The translations under genes were made by a program, and so were the position numbers. Shown piece after piece: positions 55,877 to 64,000 of a stretch of 64,000 nucleotides of DNA. How positions within the stretch are numbered: position 1 is the stretch's first letter; the number at the start of each line of letters is the position of its first letter. This DNA comes from a virus: IMG/VR virus record IMGVR_UViG_3300020193_000003. One strand, 5' to 3'. The notes beneath the pieces are model-generated. The model made no database searches and was not told the DNA's origin. It was given only the letters and a program-made list of their open reading frames with translations.

Positions 55877-56320
55877 TCAGAACAGGTCGTCCTCTTTCCC
55901 GGCTCCCAGCGCCCTCAGGAGCGCCCCGAGCCTCCTGATATCGCTGGTCTCGGCGACCTTGGCCGGGACGATCACGAGGAGGTTCCTGTTCTTGACTTTT
56001 GTCTTTGCCACGAGCCCGGCCGCCACGAGCTGGTCCACCGACTTCCTGATGGCCCCCTCGCTGACCCCGAGGAACACGGCCAGCGACCTCTGCGTCGCGT
56101 CGGGCGTCTCGGCCAGCGCCACCAGCAGGCGACCCGCCGCGCTGAGGAGGGTTATCTCGTCCGGGGACGAGTAGTAGATGAGCCTGTGCTTCTCCAGCTG
56201 CTTCATCACCGTCTCCGCCAGCTTGCGCGCCTCGGCGTCGTCCCCGACGCTACCCCTCAGCGCCTTGGCGAGGGCGTCGTCGATCGCGTGCTTTCTGTAT
56301 TCCCCGGTTGCCATCGACAT
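55877..56320 (-). CDS. Winged-helix (MarR-like) DNA-binding protein
   Basis: PDATQRSLAVFLGVSEGAIRKSVDQLVAAGLV. Confidence 0.75.
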   Translation of the reverse strand: MSMATGEYRKHAIDDALAKALRGSVGDDAEARKLAETVMKQLEKHRLIYYSSPDEITLLSAAGRLLVALAETPDATQRSLAVFLGVSEGAIRKSVDQLVAAGLVAKTKVKNRNLLVIVPAKVAETSDIRRLGALLRALGAGKEDDLF

Positions 56321-56374
56321 ATCCTATTGCGCGAACGCACCCCCGTGATGTAGGGTTGCTCGCAAGGAGGAGAT

Positions 56375-56728
56375 GTGGCCAAGGACACCAAGAAGACGAC
56401 AAAGCAAAGCCGCGCGATCGACAGGAAAATCGACGTGCTCTCTGAGAGGCTGAGGAAGATAAGGAAGAACTCGAACGAGGATGCGCAGCACCTCGTATGC
56501 CCAATGGCGAAGCTCATCTACAAGCTCGAGGAGCAGGACCACGAGACGGGCCAGTGCCTCTACGACGCGCTGAACGACGAGCTCACCTCGACCAGCGACA
56601 TAATACGCGAGATGAGGGCGTCGGGCCACCGCATATCCCGCCAGACGATTTACGACTACCGCAAGAGGGTGTGCGCCTGCGCCCACGACGACAAGTGCGG
56701 ACTAGACGAGAAGTTCGGCGGCGAGTGA
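56375..56728 (+). CDS. Hypothetical protein with a Cys motif (CP...CAC)
   Basis: AAGGAGG RBS before GTG. Confidence 0.7.
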   Translation: MAKDTKKTTKQSRAIDRKIDVLSERLRKIRKNSNEDAQHLVCPMAKLIYKLEEQDHETGQCLYDALNDELTSTSDIIREMRASGHRISRQTIYDYRKRVCACAHDDKCGLDEKFGGE

Positions 56729-56740
56729 ACGGGAGGAACA

Positions 56741-57967
56741 GTGAAAAGGGACAAACCGAACCAGAAGAGGCTGGCCGAGGGCATGAGACGGATCAAGGAG
56801 GGCTCCGAGGACAGGGCCCGCTCCAAGAAGGTCCTCAACGCCATCGAGGAGATGATCAGGGCCAAGGGCATAGACCTCGCCGACATCGGCTCGGTGAAGA
56901 AGGTGTCGATCTACCAGCAGGTCACCAAGGACGCCGAGGGCGAGTTCCAGGTGCACGACCTGCAGGCGATCCAGTTCTCCCCGGCGTGGGAGGAGGGGCC
57001 GAAGTGGGAGCTCCCCAAGCCAGGACCCTCCGTGCAAATACAAAAGTCCGAGGTCAAGGCGAGGTCGTCTAGGGGCAGGAAGACGGCCGTCATCGTGCCC
57101 GATATACAGATCGGGTACTTCCGCGACGTCGACAGCCAGCTGATCCCCACCCACGACGAGAGAGCTATCGCCATAGCGATGGCGATGATCAGGGACATCC
57201 AGCCCGACCAGGTGGTGATGCTCGGCGACAACCTGGACCTGCCCGAGTTCGGCAAGTACAGGCTCAGCCCGGCGTTCGCCCTGACCACGCAGGCGTCGAT
57301 CGACAGGGCGACCACGCTGTGCGCCGAGATCAGGTCGGCCTCGCCCAAGTCCAAGGTCGTGTGGCTGGCCGGCAACCACGAGGAGAGGCTCACCAACTAC
57401 ATCCTTGACAACGCCAAGGCCGCCTTCGGCATCACCAAGGGCAACACCCCGCAGACCTGGCCCGACATGTCCATCCCGTCGCTGTGCAGGATGGACGAGT
57501 ACGGCGTCGAGTTCGAGAGCGGCTACCCGGCCGGGCGCTACCTGATCAACAAGCAGCTGGCCTGCATCCACGGCAACAGGGTCCGCTCGAAAGGCTCCAC
57601 GGCCCACATCTACCTCAACGAGCAGAAGCTCTCGGTGATATACGGGCACATCCACAGGATCGAGCTGGCCTACAGGACCCGCCACGACTGGGACGGGGCC
57701 CGCACCATCATGGCGGCCAGCCCCGGCACGCTCGCCCGCATAGACGGCGCCGTGCCTTCCACCAAGGGCGGGGTGGACGCGTGGGGGCGCCCGAAGACCG
57801 TCGTCGAGGACTGGCAACAGGGCGTCGGGCTCGTCACCTACGAGGAAACCGGCAAGAACCTGTTCAGCTACGAGGTGGTGACGATCTACGACGGCTACGC
57901 CATATTCAGGGGCAAGGAGTACGACGCCCGCAAGGCCAAGGCACCCAACCTCAAGCAGGCCTCATAG
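56741..57967 (+). CDS. Calcineurin-like metallophosphoesterase
   Basis: PDIQ, GDNLD, GNHE, HG and GHIH motifs in canonical order. Confidence 0.88.
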   Translation: MKRDKPNQKRLAEGMRRIKEGSEDRARSKKVLNAIEEMIRAKGIDLADIGSVKKVSIYQQVTKDAEGEFQVHDLQAIQFSPAWEEGPKWELPKPGPSVQIQKSEVKARSSRGRKTAVIVPDIQIGYFRDVDSQLIPTHDERAIAIAMAMIRDIQPDQVVMLGDNLDLPEFGKYRLSPAFALTTQASIDRATTLCAEIRSASPKSKVVWLAGNHEERLTNYILDNAKAAFGITKGNTPQTWPDMSIPSLCRMDEYGVEFESGYPAGRYLINKQLACIHGNRVRSKGSTAHIYLNEQKLSVIYGHIHRIELAYRTRHDWDGARTIMAASPGTLARIDGAVPSTKGGVDAWGRPKTVVEDWQQGVGLVTYEETGKNLFSYEVVTIYDGYAIFRGKEYDARKAKAPNLKQAS

Positions 57968-57982
57968 GGGGCTCCAGGGGGT

Positions 57983-58021
57983 GGCGTGCTTGTCCACTAG
58001 GCCGACAAGCGCCCCTTTTTT
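57983..58021 (+). terminator. Rho-independent terminator
   Basis: ggcgtgcttgtc / gacaagcgcc stem followed by a T tract. Confidence 0.6.
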
Positions 58022-58078
58022 CCCTCCTTGTGAGACCGTCCCAAAGAAGCAACCAGCACCAGACACGGGGAGGAACAG

Positions 58079-58726
58079 ATGACCACCATAATCGCCGTGC
58101 AGGGGGAGGGCTGGTGCGTGATCGGGTGGGACTCCCGGATCTCCAACACCTCCGACGACGGGGACTCCGAGACCCACGTGCTGTCGGACAGCCAGCGCAA
58201 GGTCGTCCAGAACGGGCCCTGGCTCATCGGGGCGGCTGGCGACCTGAGGGCGATCAACATCCTCTCCCACAACTTCACCCCGCCCGTCCCCAGGCCGACG
58301 CTCGTCGGCTCGGCGCTCGACAAGTTCGTCTCCACCGACTTCGTCCCCGCCCTCAGGGACGTGATGGAGAAGTCGGGCTACGCCCCGATCCACAAGGAGT
58401 CCCCGGGGAAGTGCGAGTTCGAGAGCGAGCTGATAGCCGCGGTGAACGGCAGGATCTACGGGGTGGACGGCGACTACAGCTGGATCAACGAGGCCTCGGG
58501 CCTCTACTCGGTGGGCAGCGGATCCCGCTACGCGCTGGGGGCGATGGCGGCGACCGGGTGGGGCAGGTCCCAGCTGGCCGCCCGCAACGCGGTCCTGAAG
58601 GCGCTGTCGGTCGCAAGCAGGTTCGACCCGGGCACGGGGGCGCCGTTCCACGTCGCCACGCAGCAGACGAAGGAGCGCGACGAAAGTAGCGGCAAGAAAA
58701 TTAGGCGCACCAAAAAGAGTCGCTAG
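58079..58726 (+). CDS. HslV/proteasome-beta-like Ntn (N-terminal threonine) protease
   Basis: MTTIIAV...DSR...K...GAAGD...GSGSRYALGA. Confidence 0.8.
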   Translation: MTTIIAVQGEGWCVIGWDSRISNTSDDGDSETHVLSDSQRKVVQNGPWLIGAAGDLRAINILSHNFTPPVPRPTLVGSALDKFVSTDFVPALRDVMEKSGYAPIHKESPGKCEFESELIAAVNGRIYGVDGDYSWINEASGLYSVGSGSRYALGAMAATGWGRSQLAARNAVLKALSVASRFDPGTGAPFHVATQQTKERDESSGKKIRRTKKSR

Positions 58727-58781
58727 CCAAAGCAGGAATTGACCCGTAGCCAGCCGGTAGGTTTGCCCCTAGGGAGGCGAC

Positions 58782-59147
58782 ATGCCGAGGAAGAGGGAGC
58801 CCGAGGAGGGCAAGCGGCCGAAGAGAACCGCGCCAGCGAAACCGGCGTCTGCGCCGGCGGGCGTCGATATGCCAAGAACCGAGTGGATGGCGAGGGCCAG
58901 GTGCAAGGGGGAAACCGACAAGATGTTCCCCAAGGGGCACAAGGACATCAGCTACATCCAGGAGGCGCGCGAGATGTGTGCGAACTGCACGGTCAGGCAC
59001 CACTGCCTGGACTACGCGCTGGAGTTCCCGGCGGCCGACATGCACGGCGTGTGGGCGGGCCTGACGTCGAGGCAGCTGGCGGCCGAGCAGAAGCGCAGGA
59101 GGATCCAGCCGACGAGGCCGACGCTCAGCCAGATGTGGGGCGAGTGA
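58782..59147 (+). CDS. whiB: Second WhiB-family transcription factor
   Basis: WMARARC...MFP...CANC...CLDYAL...GVWAG; GGAGG RBS. Confidence 0.9.
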   Translation: MPRKREPEEGKRPKRTAPAKPASAPAGVDMPRTEWMARARCKGETDKMFPKGHKDISYIQEAREMCANCTVRHHCLDYALEFPAADMHGVWAGLTSRQLAAEQKRRRIQPTRPTLSQMWGE

Positions 59148-59348
59148 ATCCGCCCCGGCCCGGAAACGCGCAAGGGCCGCCGCGGTGGCGGTGCGGGCGG
59201 TTATCGTTGATTTTGTAGTTGCTAGGAAACCGGCCGGAATGTAAGTAGCCGGCCAGAAGCGGCGAAAAAAAAATTGAAACTACGCGTGCGCGAGCTGATT
59301 TATGCGAGACTATCGGAAAAAAATACACGCCCGGGCGCGCGTCCCGAT

Positions 59349-59690
59349 TTATCCGACGCGGATCCCGCACTCGTCGCAGAACTCGTGGCCGTCCAGACGC
59401 ACCAGCCTCTGATCGCACCTGGTCCTCCCGCAGGGCCTGGTGAGCTTGTCGCCGGTTGCGTAGGCGGCGAGCACCTCGGCTATCGTCGGGTTGGGACGGC
59501 CCTCCGGCGGGGACGGCAGCCCCCTGTCGGCCCTCTCGGCCTCCCTGATCGCGTTGGAGACGAGGGCGTTGAGCGAGATGTCCTCGCGCTCGCAGATGGC
59601 CAGCACCCGGCCCTTCAGCCAGCCCGGTATCCGCACGCAGATCTGGTGGAGCTCGTCGTCGCCCCTAGGCGGCGTCGGTTGGCGGGGCAT
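59349..59690 (-). CDS. Ribbon-helix-helix protein with a C-terminal Zn ribbon
   Basis: ICVRIPGWLK...EDISLNALV; PC...C...CDEC. Confidence 0.7.
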   Translation of the reverse strand: MPRQPTPPRGDDELHQICVRIPGWLKGRVLAICEREDISLNALVSNAIREAERADRGLPSPPEGRPNPTIAEVLAAYATGDKLTRPCGRTRCDQRLVRLDGHEFCDECGIRVG

Positions 59691-59850
59691 CCCTGAGCAC
59701 CAGTGCCTTGAGGTAGTCGGTGATCGACATGTCGTAGCCGTCGGACACCTCGACGAGGTGGTTCTTGAACCAGGCGGGCACGCGGATGGTCACCGTCGCC
59801 CAGTCGCCGTCGGCCCTCTTCGCCGGTCTGCCACCCCTCCCGATCGCCAC
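59665..59850 (-). CDS. Ribbon-helix-helix protein
   Basis: VTIRVPAWFKNHL...MSITDYLKALV. Confidence 0.7.
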   Translation of the reverse strand: MAIGRGGRPAKRADGDWATVTIRVPAWFKNHLVEVSDGYDMSITDYLKALVLRDAPPTDAA

Positions 59851-59869
59851 GCGCGCGAGGCTACTACGG

Positions 59870-60343
59870 TCAGTCCGATTGCGAGGGAACCCCGAAGTTC
59901 TCCGTCTCCCAGTCGGCGAGCTTGTCGCGGTACGCGCGGAAGAAGAGCTCGCGGTCGCCGTTGGTGTGCAGCTCGAGCGCCTCGCGCCCGCCGAGGGAGG
60001 CCAGCGTCGCGGCGACGACGGGGTGCATCCTCTCGACGGAACCGACGCCCGTGCGCGACCCGTCGGCGATCCTGCGGAGCTGCGCCCACGCCTCCCACTC
60101 CCTGGGTGGTTGGTCGCCCCTGGTCGACAGCGCGATCCTGCGGACGGTGCCGGGCCTCGGGAGCCAGTTGGAGTCCTGCGCCACGAGGCGGCGGTATGCG
60201 TGGCGGGCCTCCTTGACGCTGACGTCGGACAAGAAGCGGGCCCAGGTGGAGAGCAGCTCGTCCCAGTCCGTCCCCTTGGGGATGCGCTCGTTCCAGGCGT
60301 TGTAGAAGGCCACGACCACCCTGCCGGCGGAGTCCTGGTCCAT
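59870..60343 (-). CDS. Probable helicase loader/inhibitor-like replication protein
   Basis: TGATG-coupled start MDQDSAG; W...L.D...P...I...EAW...F..AY pattern; position after a replication-initiator-like gene. Confidence 0.55.
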   Translation of the reverse strand: MDQDSAGRVVVAFYNAWNERIPKGTDWDELLSTWARFLSDVSVKEARHAYRRLVAQDSNWLPRPGTVRRIALSTRGDQPPREWEAWAQLRRIADGSRTGVGSVERMHPVVAATLASLGGREALELHTNGDRELFFRAYRDKLADWETENFGVPSQSD

Positions 60344-60723
60344 CAGAAGTCGGTGCCCTTGGGCCTCGAGCGGTTCTCCCTGGCGATCTCGCAGAACCTC
60401 TCGATCTTGGCCGCGTCGCGCAGTATGAGCTCGACGTCGTCGTACTTGCGCCCGCGGTCGTTGTCGCCCTGGTGGAAGGGGCTGAGCTTGCAACCGGCTA
60501 TCGCCTCCAGGCACGTTGCGACGCCGTAGGTGACCACGGCCCACGAGATCCTCTCGCGGCGCTCCTCGGTGAGCTTGACCCTGTTCTCCTGGCCGGCGCG
60601 GTGCACGCGCACCCACTCCTCCCACACGGTCCTGACGTCGTCCTGGTCGGCCGACTCGCTGCTCTTCCTGCGCCGCGCGTACTTGCGCTGCGCGTGGTTC
60701 CTCCTGGGTTTCGGCTCCGTCAC
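60343..60723 (-). CDS. Phage replication-initiator C-terminal-like protein
   Basis: VWEEW...KLTEERR...AIAGCKLSPFHQGDNDRG...ELILRD; start uncertain. Confidence 0.55.
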   Translation of the reverse strand: MTEPKPRRNHAQRKYARRRKSSESADQDDVRTVWEEWVRVHRAGQENRVKLTEERRERISWAVVTYGVATCLEAIAGCKLSPFHQGDNDRGRKYDDVELILRDAAKIERFCEIARENRSRPKGTDF

Positions 60724-61607
60724 GAACAACACCCCCTGCACGGGAAGATCATAGGCCACCCGGGCCGCCGAATCAAGCCCGATTGCGCGCCCGTTTTTGC
60801 ACAGAGCCCCACCGAACTGCTGCGAACGCCTCGCACGGACCCTCTGTAGAGAATACGTACCATTCGTTGTACTTAAGGTCATCCGATCGCACACGGAGTC
60901 ACCCAGGTCGTATCGCAACGAACCTTTGTTCGTTGCAGTACGACGAACGAACCGACCCTTCGGCTCCGTCGTCCACGAAGGAGGGCAGGTATCACGACTG
61001 ACTTTTTTTGAACTCTTCTAGCGCGAAAGCGCCGCCCATGTCAAGGGCCTTGGTGGTCTTTTTTCGGGGATCGCGGGCGGAGGGGGGTCCCGTGGGCTAC
61101 AATCGGCTTCGCTCGGTCTCAACCCCCCTTGTCCGAGCCGCGGGTCGCCGCCCGGGTCTTTTCTCCTTTCTTCCCGCGGCGGCGGCTCGCTCATCCGCCA
61201 CCGTCGCGGCCCCCGGCCACGCGCCGGCCCGTCATCCGCCACCGTCGGAAGGCCTGGTCAAAGCGGTCGCCCCGCGCGACGCTCTGCGGTCCCGTATCCC
61301 AATCGCCACTCCGGAGCCCCGAGGGGGTTCGTCTGGGGGGGGGCAGGGGGGGGCTGGACTCTGGAACGACGCGTGGGGAGCCGGATCCCGACGGCTCGCG
61401 ACGCCCGCAGGGGCTGGACTCGGGAGCGCCGCGGACGGTACGCAGGAGGCGCCGGTACGGCCGTTTCGGTACCTGCGCGGGGCCCGGCTGGACTCAGGAG
61501 CGCGCCGCGAGTCGCGTTCTGGTACGGCCGTTAAGCCGTTTCGGTGCAAAAAAAGGACCCCGGGGTCCTTTCGGTACCCCGGGGCGGAAAACGGCGGCGA
61601 AGGGGGG

Positions 61608-61721
61608 CTACGCGTCGTTTCCCTTGCGCGCGAAGATTCGCACGCAGGCCCTCGCGACGACCACCACGGCCGCCAGTGCGCAGACCGCCACCACGGCGGT
61701 CACGTTGATCCAGAACTCCAT
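61608..61721 (-). CDS. 37-aa single-pass membrane protein
   Basis: MEFWINVTAVVAVCALAAVVVVARACVRIFARKGNDA; starts 2 nt after the upstream stop. Confidence 0.55.
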   Translation of the reverse strand: MEFWINVTAVVAVCALAAVVVVARACVRIFARKGNDA

Positions 61722-61723
61722 GG

Positions 61724-61960
61724 TCAGCCCTTCCTCTTGTTGCTCAGCTGCACGTTGTGGAACTCCACCCACCTCGAGCCCCTGCCGGCCAGTGGCCTGA
61801 CCTGCAGGTCCAGCCTGCCGTACCTGAACCGCTCGGCGACGACCCTCACGGCGACGGATATGTCGTCGATCGAGACGCTGCCGACCCTGCCCACCACGGA
61901 GCGGTGATCCCTCTTGTCCTGTGCGGAGAATGTCCGCGCCTTGTTTCGTTGCTTGCTCAT
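61724..61960 (-). CDS. Hypothetical protein (78 aa)
   Basis: Operon member on the minus strand. Confidence 0.6.
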   Translation of the reverse strand: MSKQRNKARTFSAQDKRDHRSVVGRVGSVSIDDISVAVRVVAERFRYGRLDLQVRPLAGRGSRWVEFHNVQLSNKRKG

Positions 61961-61985
61961 CCGATCATCCTATCTTCCGCCACCG

Positions 61986-62042
61986 TCATGTCCACAGCCA
62001 GACCATGAAGGTGCAGAAGGCGAAGAACAACAGCGTCCACAT
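61986..62042 (-). CDS. 18-aa hydrophobic micropeptide MWTLLFFAFCTFMVWLWT
   Basis: TGATG coupling; paralog at 55095-55151. Confidence 0.6.
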   Translation of the reverse strand: MWTLLFFAFCTFMVWLWT

Positions 62043-62590
62043 CAGGCGTCCGCCTTGCCGTCGGCCGGCGGGTAGGACTTCAGCTGCTGGAGCATCTTCT
62101 GGAAGCGATCCATCTCGCCAATGGACGCGAGGCGCCTCTCGGTCGGGGTGACCGTCTCGTCGCCCCAGGATCGTCGCTCCTCCCTGACGAGGAGTTTGGA
62201 GTCCTTGAAGTCCCAGCGGTAGCGGTAGCAGTCCTCGCCCACCCACTCAACGAAGCTGCCGTCCTCCACCCAGCGGGCGATGGCCTCCATCAGGAGGTCC
62301 TCCTGGCCCTGCTTGTCGCCGTGCCAATTGGTGAGGCATATCCACCCGTCCGTGACGATGTGCTCGAACCCCATCTCGTTGAGGAGTTGGCCGAGCGACT
62401 CGTACTCGGAGAAGTCGGCCCTCATCCAGGAGAACCACTTCTCCTCCTTGCCGTCCTCGCCCACGGTGCCGCCACGCTTCATCGCGGGCGGGCACTCGGC
62501 GTTGAACTTCCTCAGCGCGGCGAGTGCGTCGTCGGCGTCCTGGGACTTGATGCGCACCGACATCTCGGTGACGTTGACGTAGTAACCCAC
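62042..62590 (-). CDS. Hypothetical phage protein (182 aa)
   Basis: MGYYV...KWFSW...GSFVEWVGED; operon member. Confidence 0.7.
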   Translation of the reverse strand: MGYYVNVTEMSVRIKSQDADDALAALRKFNAECPPAMKRGGTVGEDGKEEKWFSWMRADFSEYESLGQLLNEMGFEHIVTDGWICLTNWHGDKQGQEDLLMEAIARWVEDGSFVEWVGEDCYRYRWDFKDSKLLVREERRSWGDETVTPTERRLASIGEMDRFQKMLQQLKSYPPADGKADA

Positions 62591-62596
62591 GACGCC

Positions 62597-62941
62597 CTAC
62601 TTCCGGCGGCGGTTGATCTTGCGGGTCCGCCTGATGATCGTCTTGACGTCGCACACGCTGAAATCGGCGCGCTTCTCCTCGTCGAGGCCCGCTGGATCCT
62701 CGACCTGGGCGTGGATCGCGCAGGAGAGCCTGTCGACCTCGGCCTCGGTGAGGCGGCGGTCGGCCGAGAACGACACGGTCGCCACGTAGGTGTTGGCCGC
62801 CTTGTTCTTGACGATCGGCTGCGTCTTGTTCTGCAGCGCCCCCATGATCCGGGAGAACTCGTTCTCCAGGCTCGTGACGCGGCGTGAGAGCGCCCGCGTC
62901 GTCCGCTTGGTCTTCTTCTTGGTTGTCTTCTTCCTGGGCAC
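62597..62941 (-). CDS. Basic hypothetical protein
   Basis: AAGGAGG RBS before GTG 62941. Confidence 0.65.
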   Translation of the reverse strand: MPRKKTTKKKTKRTTRALSRRVTSLENEFSRIMGALQNKTQPIVKNKAANTYVATVSFSADRRLTEAEVDRLSCAIHAQVEDPAGLDEEKRADFSVCDVKTIIRRTRKINRRRK

Positions 62942-62971
62942 GGTGGCCTCCTTATCGTTGTTCGTGGTTAC

Positions 62972-63000
62972 ACGATACGGCGACATGTGGTCCCTTGCAA
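62972..63000 (-). promoter_or_regulatory. Promoter TTGCAA-N17-TATCGT
   Basis: Member of the TTGCAA family with 17-nt spacing. Confidence 0.65.
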
Positions 63001-63003
63001 CCC

Positions 63004-63183
63004 CTAAGGAGTGTCATCCGCCACCGTCGTTTCCCTGGGCAGGAGTTTCCCGATGTCGGTCGTCATCTCGTCGAGCCTCCGCAGGATCGCGGGGACGTCC
63101 CTGTCGGAGACCTCGTGGCCGAGTTCGGCGACGTCGTCGGCGATCCTCTCCCAGAACATCTCGGTCAGCTGCCTGCCGGTCAC
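63004..63183 (-). CDS. Small acidic hypothetical protein
   Basis: GTGA-coupled start. Confidence 0.55.
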   Translation of the reverse strand: MTGRQLTEMFWERIADDVAELGHEVSDRDVPAILRRLDEMTTDIGKLLPRETTVADDTP

Positions 63184-63434
63184 TTCCGCTTCCCGCGCTT
63201 CCTCTTCGTCGAGAGCATGCGGCGCAGGCGTCGGCCCAGGTCGGCGTCCCGGTCGGCGACCTTGCCCTTCTTGGGGACGCGGAGCCAGCCCTGCTCGCCC
63301 AGGACCCCGTCGTGATAGACCGACTCGACCTCGTAGAGGGGTCGGTCGTCGAAGCGGATCATGAGGGTCTCGTCGTCCAGGACGAAGCCGTCCCGCTCGG
63401 TCCACTTGACGACGAAGTAGTGCTCGATGCTCAT
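63180..63434 (-). CDS. Hypothetical protein
   Basis: ATGA-coupled start MSIEHYFVV. Confidence 0.6.
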   Translation of the reverse strand: MSIEHYFVVKWTERDGFVLDDETLMIRFDDRPLYEVESVYHDGVLGEQGWLRVPKKGKVADRDADLGRRLRRMLSTKRKRGKRK

Positions 63435-63775
63435 TGGGCGCCCTGCGCGATCAGGCGCACGAAACCCGCGTTCGGGTCGGCCTCGTCGTGCCACACCGCC
63501 GACACGAATCGCAGCGGGCAGGATTCCTCCCACCAGGCGACCACCATGTCGTACATCTCGTCGGGCGACCCCGAGAACTTCTCCGAGAACCCACCCGTCC
63601 TCCGGCGGAACCACTCCGCCTCGGTCTCGTCCATGGCCAGGTAGATCTTGTGGCACCCGTCCCAGGCGACCAGGACGGCCCCCTCAGCGTACCTCCGCAC
63701 GGCGTGCAGGCCCTCGGCCACGCTCCCGCTGTCGTGCGAACTCTCGTAGTCTCGTCGCAGCGTCGTCTTTTCCAT
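63431..63775 (-). CDS. Hypothetical phage protein with WDGCHKIY...SCPLRF motif
   Basis: Probable leaderless ATG 7 nt after a -10 box. Confidence 0.7.
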   Translation of the reverse strand: MEKTTLRRDYESSHDSGSVAEGLHAVRRYAEGAVLVAWDGCHKIYLAMDETEAEWFRRRTGGFSEKFSGSPDEMYDMVVAWWEESCPLRFVSAVWHDEADPNAGFVRLIAQGAQ

Positions 63776-63782
63776 GGGCGTC

Positions 63783-63875
63783 ACGCTACGGCGCGCACGG
63801 GCACCTTGCAACCCGCAAGGAGGTGACGTGTGCCACTTCTTGCGGGTTGCAACCCGCAAGGATCGGCGGTAGTGT
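63783..63875. promoter_or_regulatory. Divergent leaderless promoter pair with a 22-bp perfect palindrome
   Basis: Minus strand TTGCAA-N17-TAGCGT-N7-ATG; plus strand TTGCAA-N17-TAGTGT-N7-ATG; palindrome cttgcgggttgcaacccgcaag at 63839-63860. Confidence 0.75.
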
Positions 63876-63882
63876 TTGGGGC

Positions 63883-64000
63883 ATGGAAAAGGAAACGAAC
63901 ACGCTCACCGACGAGCAACGATGGCATTTGGACGAACTCACCCAGGAGTTGGAGCGGGCGATCCGCTACTACCGGGCGATCCTGGACGCGATCAGCGGGG
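63883..64000 (+). CDS. Hypothetical protein, 3'-truncated by the window edge
   Basis: MEKETNTLTDEQRWHL... is open to the window end and follows a promoter. Confidence 0.55.
   Translation, partial: MEKETNTLTDEQRWHLDELTQELERAIRYYRAILDAISG

Noticed and set aside
61008-61907. + strand ORFs of 299 and 223 aa
   Set aside because: Low-complexity Gly/Ala/Arg translations of a repeat-rich region that overlap better-supported minus-strand genes.

Overview
This GC-rich 64 kb window looks like part of a large tailed dsDNA phage with a probable actinobacterial host. The evidence is an HK97-type major capsid gene, two WhiB genes, an actinobacterial-type SSB, a tmRNA and a tRNA-Arg(CCT). The + strand from 1 to 47.5 kb is a head-region module. 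Giant multidomain ORFs (>1018, ~3514, 916, 697, 1849 and 5243 aa) lie directly upstream of the capsid gene and carry conflict-type domains: ADP-ribosyltransferase-like, SLOG-like, HExxH zincins, KTSC, GNAT, HipA/PI-kinase-like, HTH, Clp-N, NUDIX and zeta-toxin-like kinase. The main observation is a peptide motif, consensus D-x-E-A-G-M, that recurs about 21 times in these proteins. It is conserved at the protein level and sits at domain boundaries, which suggests virion-packaged polyproteins cut into separate effectors. Several of these proteins also share N-proximal motifs (D-x-D-x-D...G-x-P...DPTP and two Cys motifs), and five are followed by a small acidic ORF, an arrangement like toxin/immunity pairs. 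The region from 47.5 to 64 kb holds DNA modification, replication, regulatory and small early genes, driven by a family of TTGCAA-N17-TAnnnT promoters. All domain calls were made by eye from motifs; no database searches were run.
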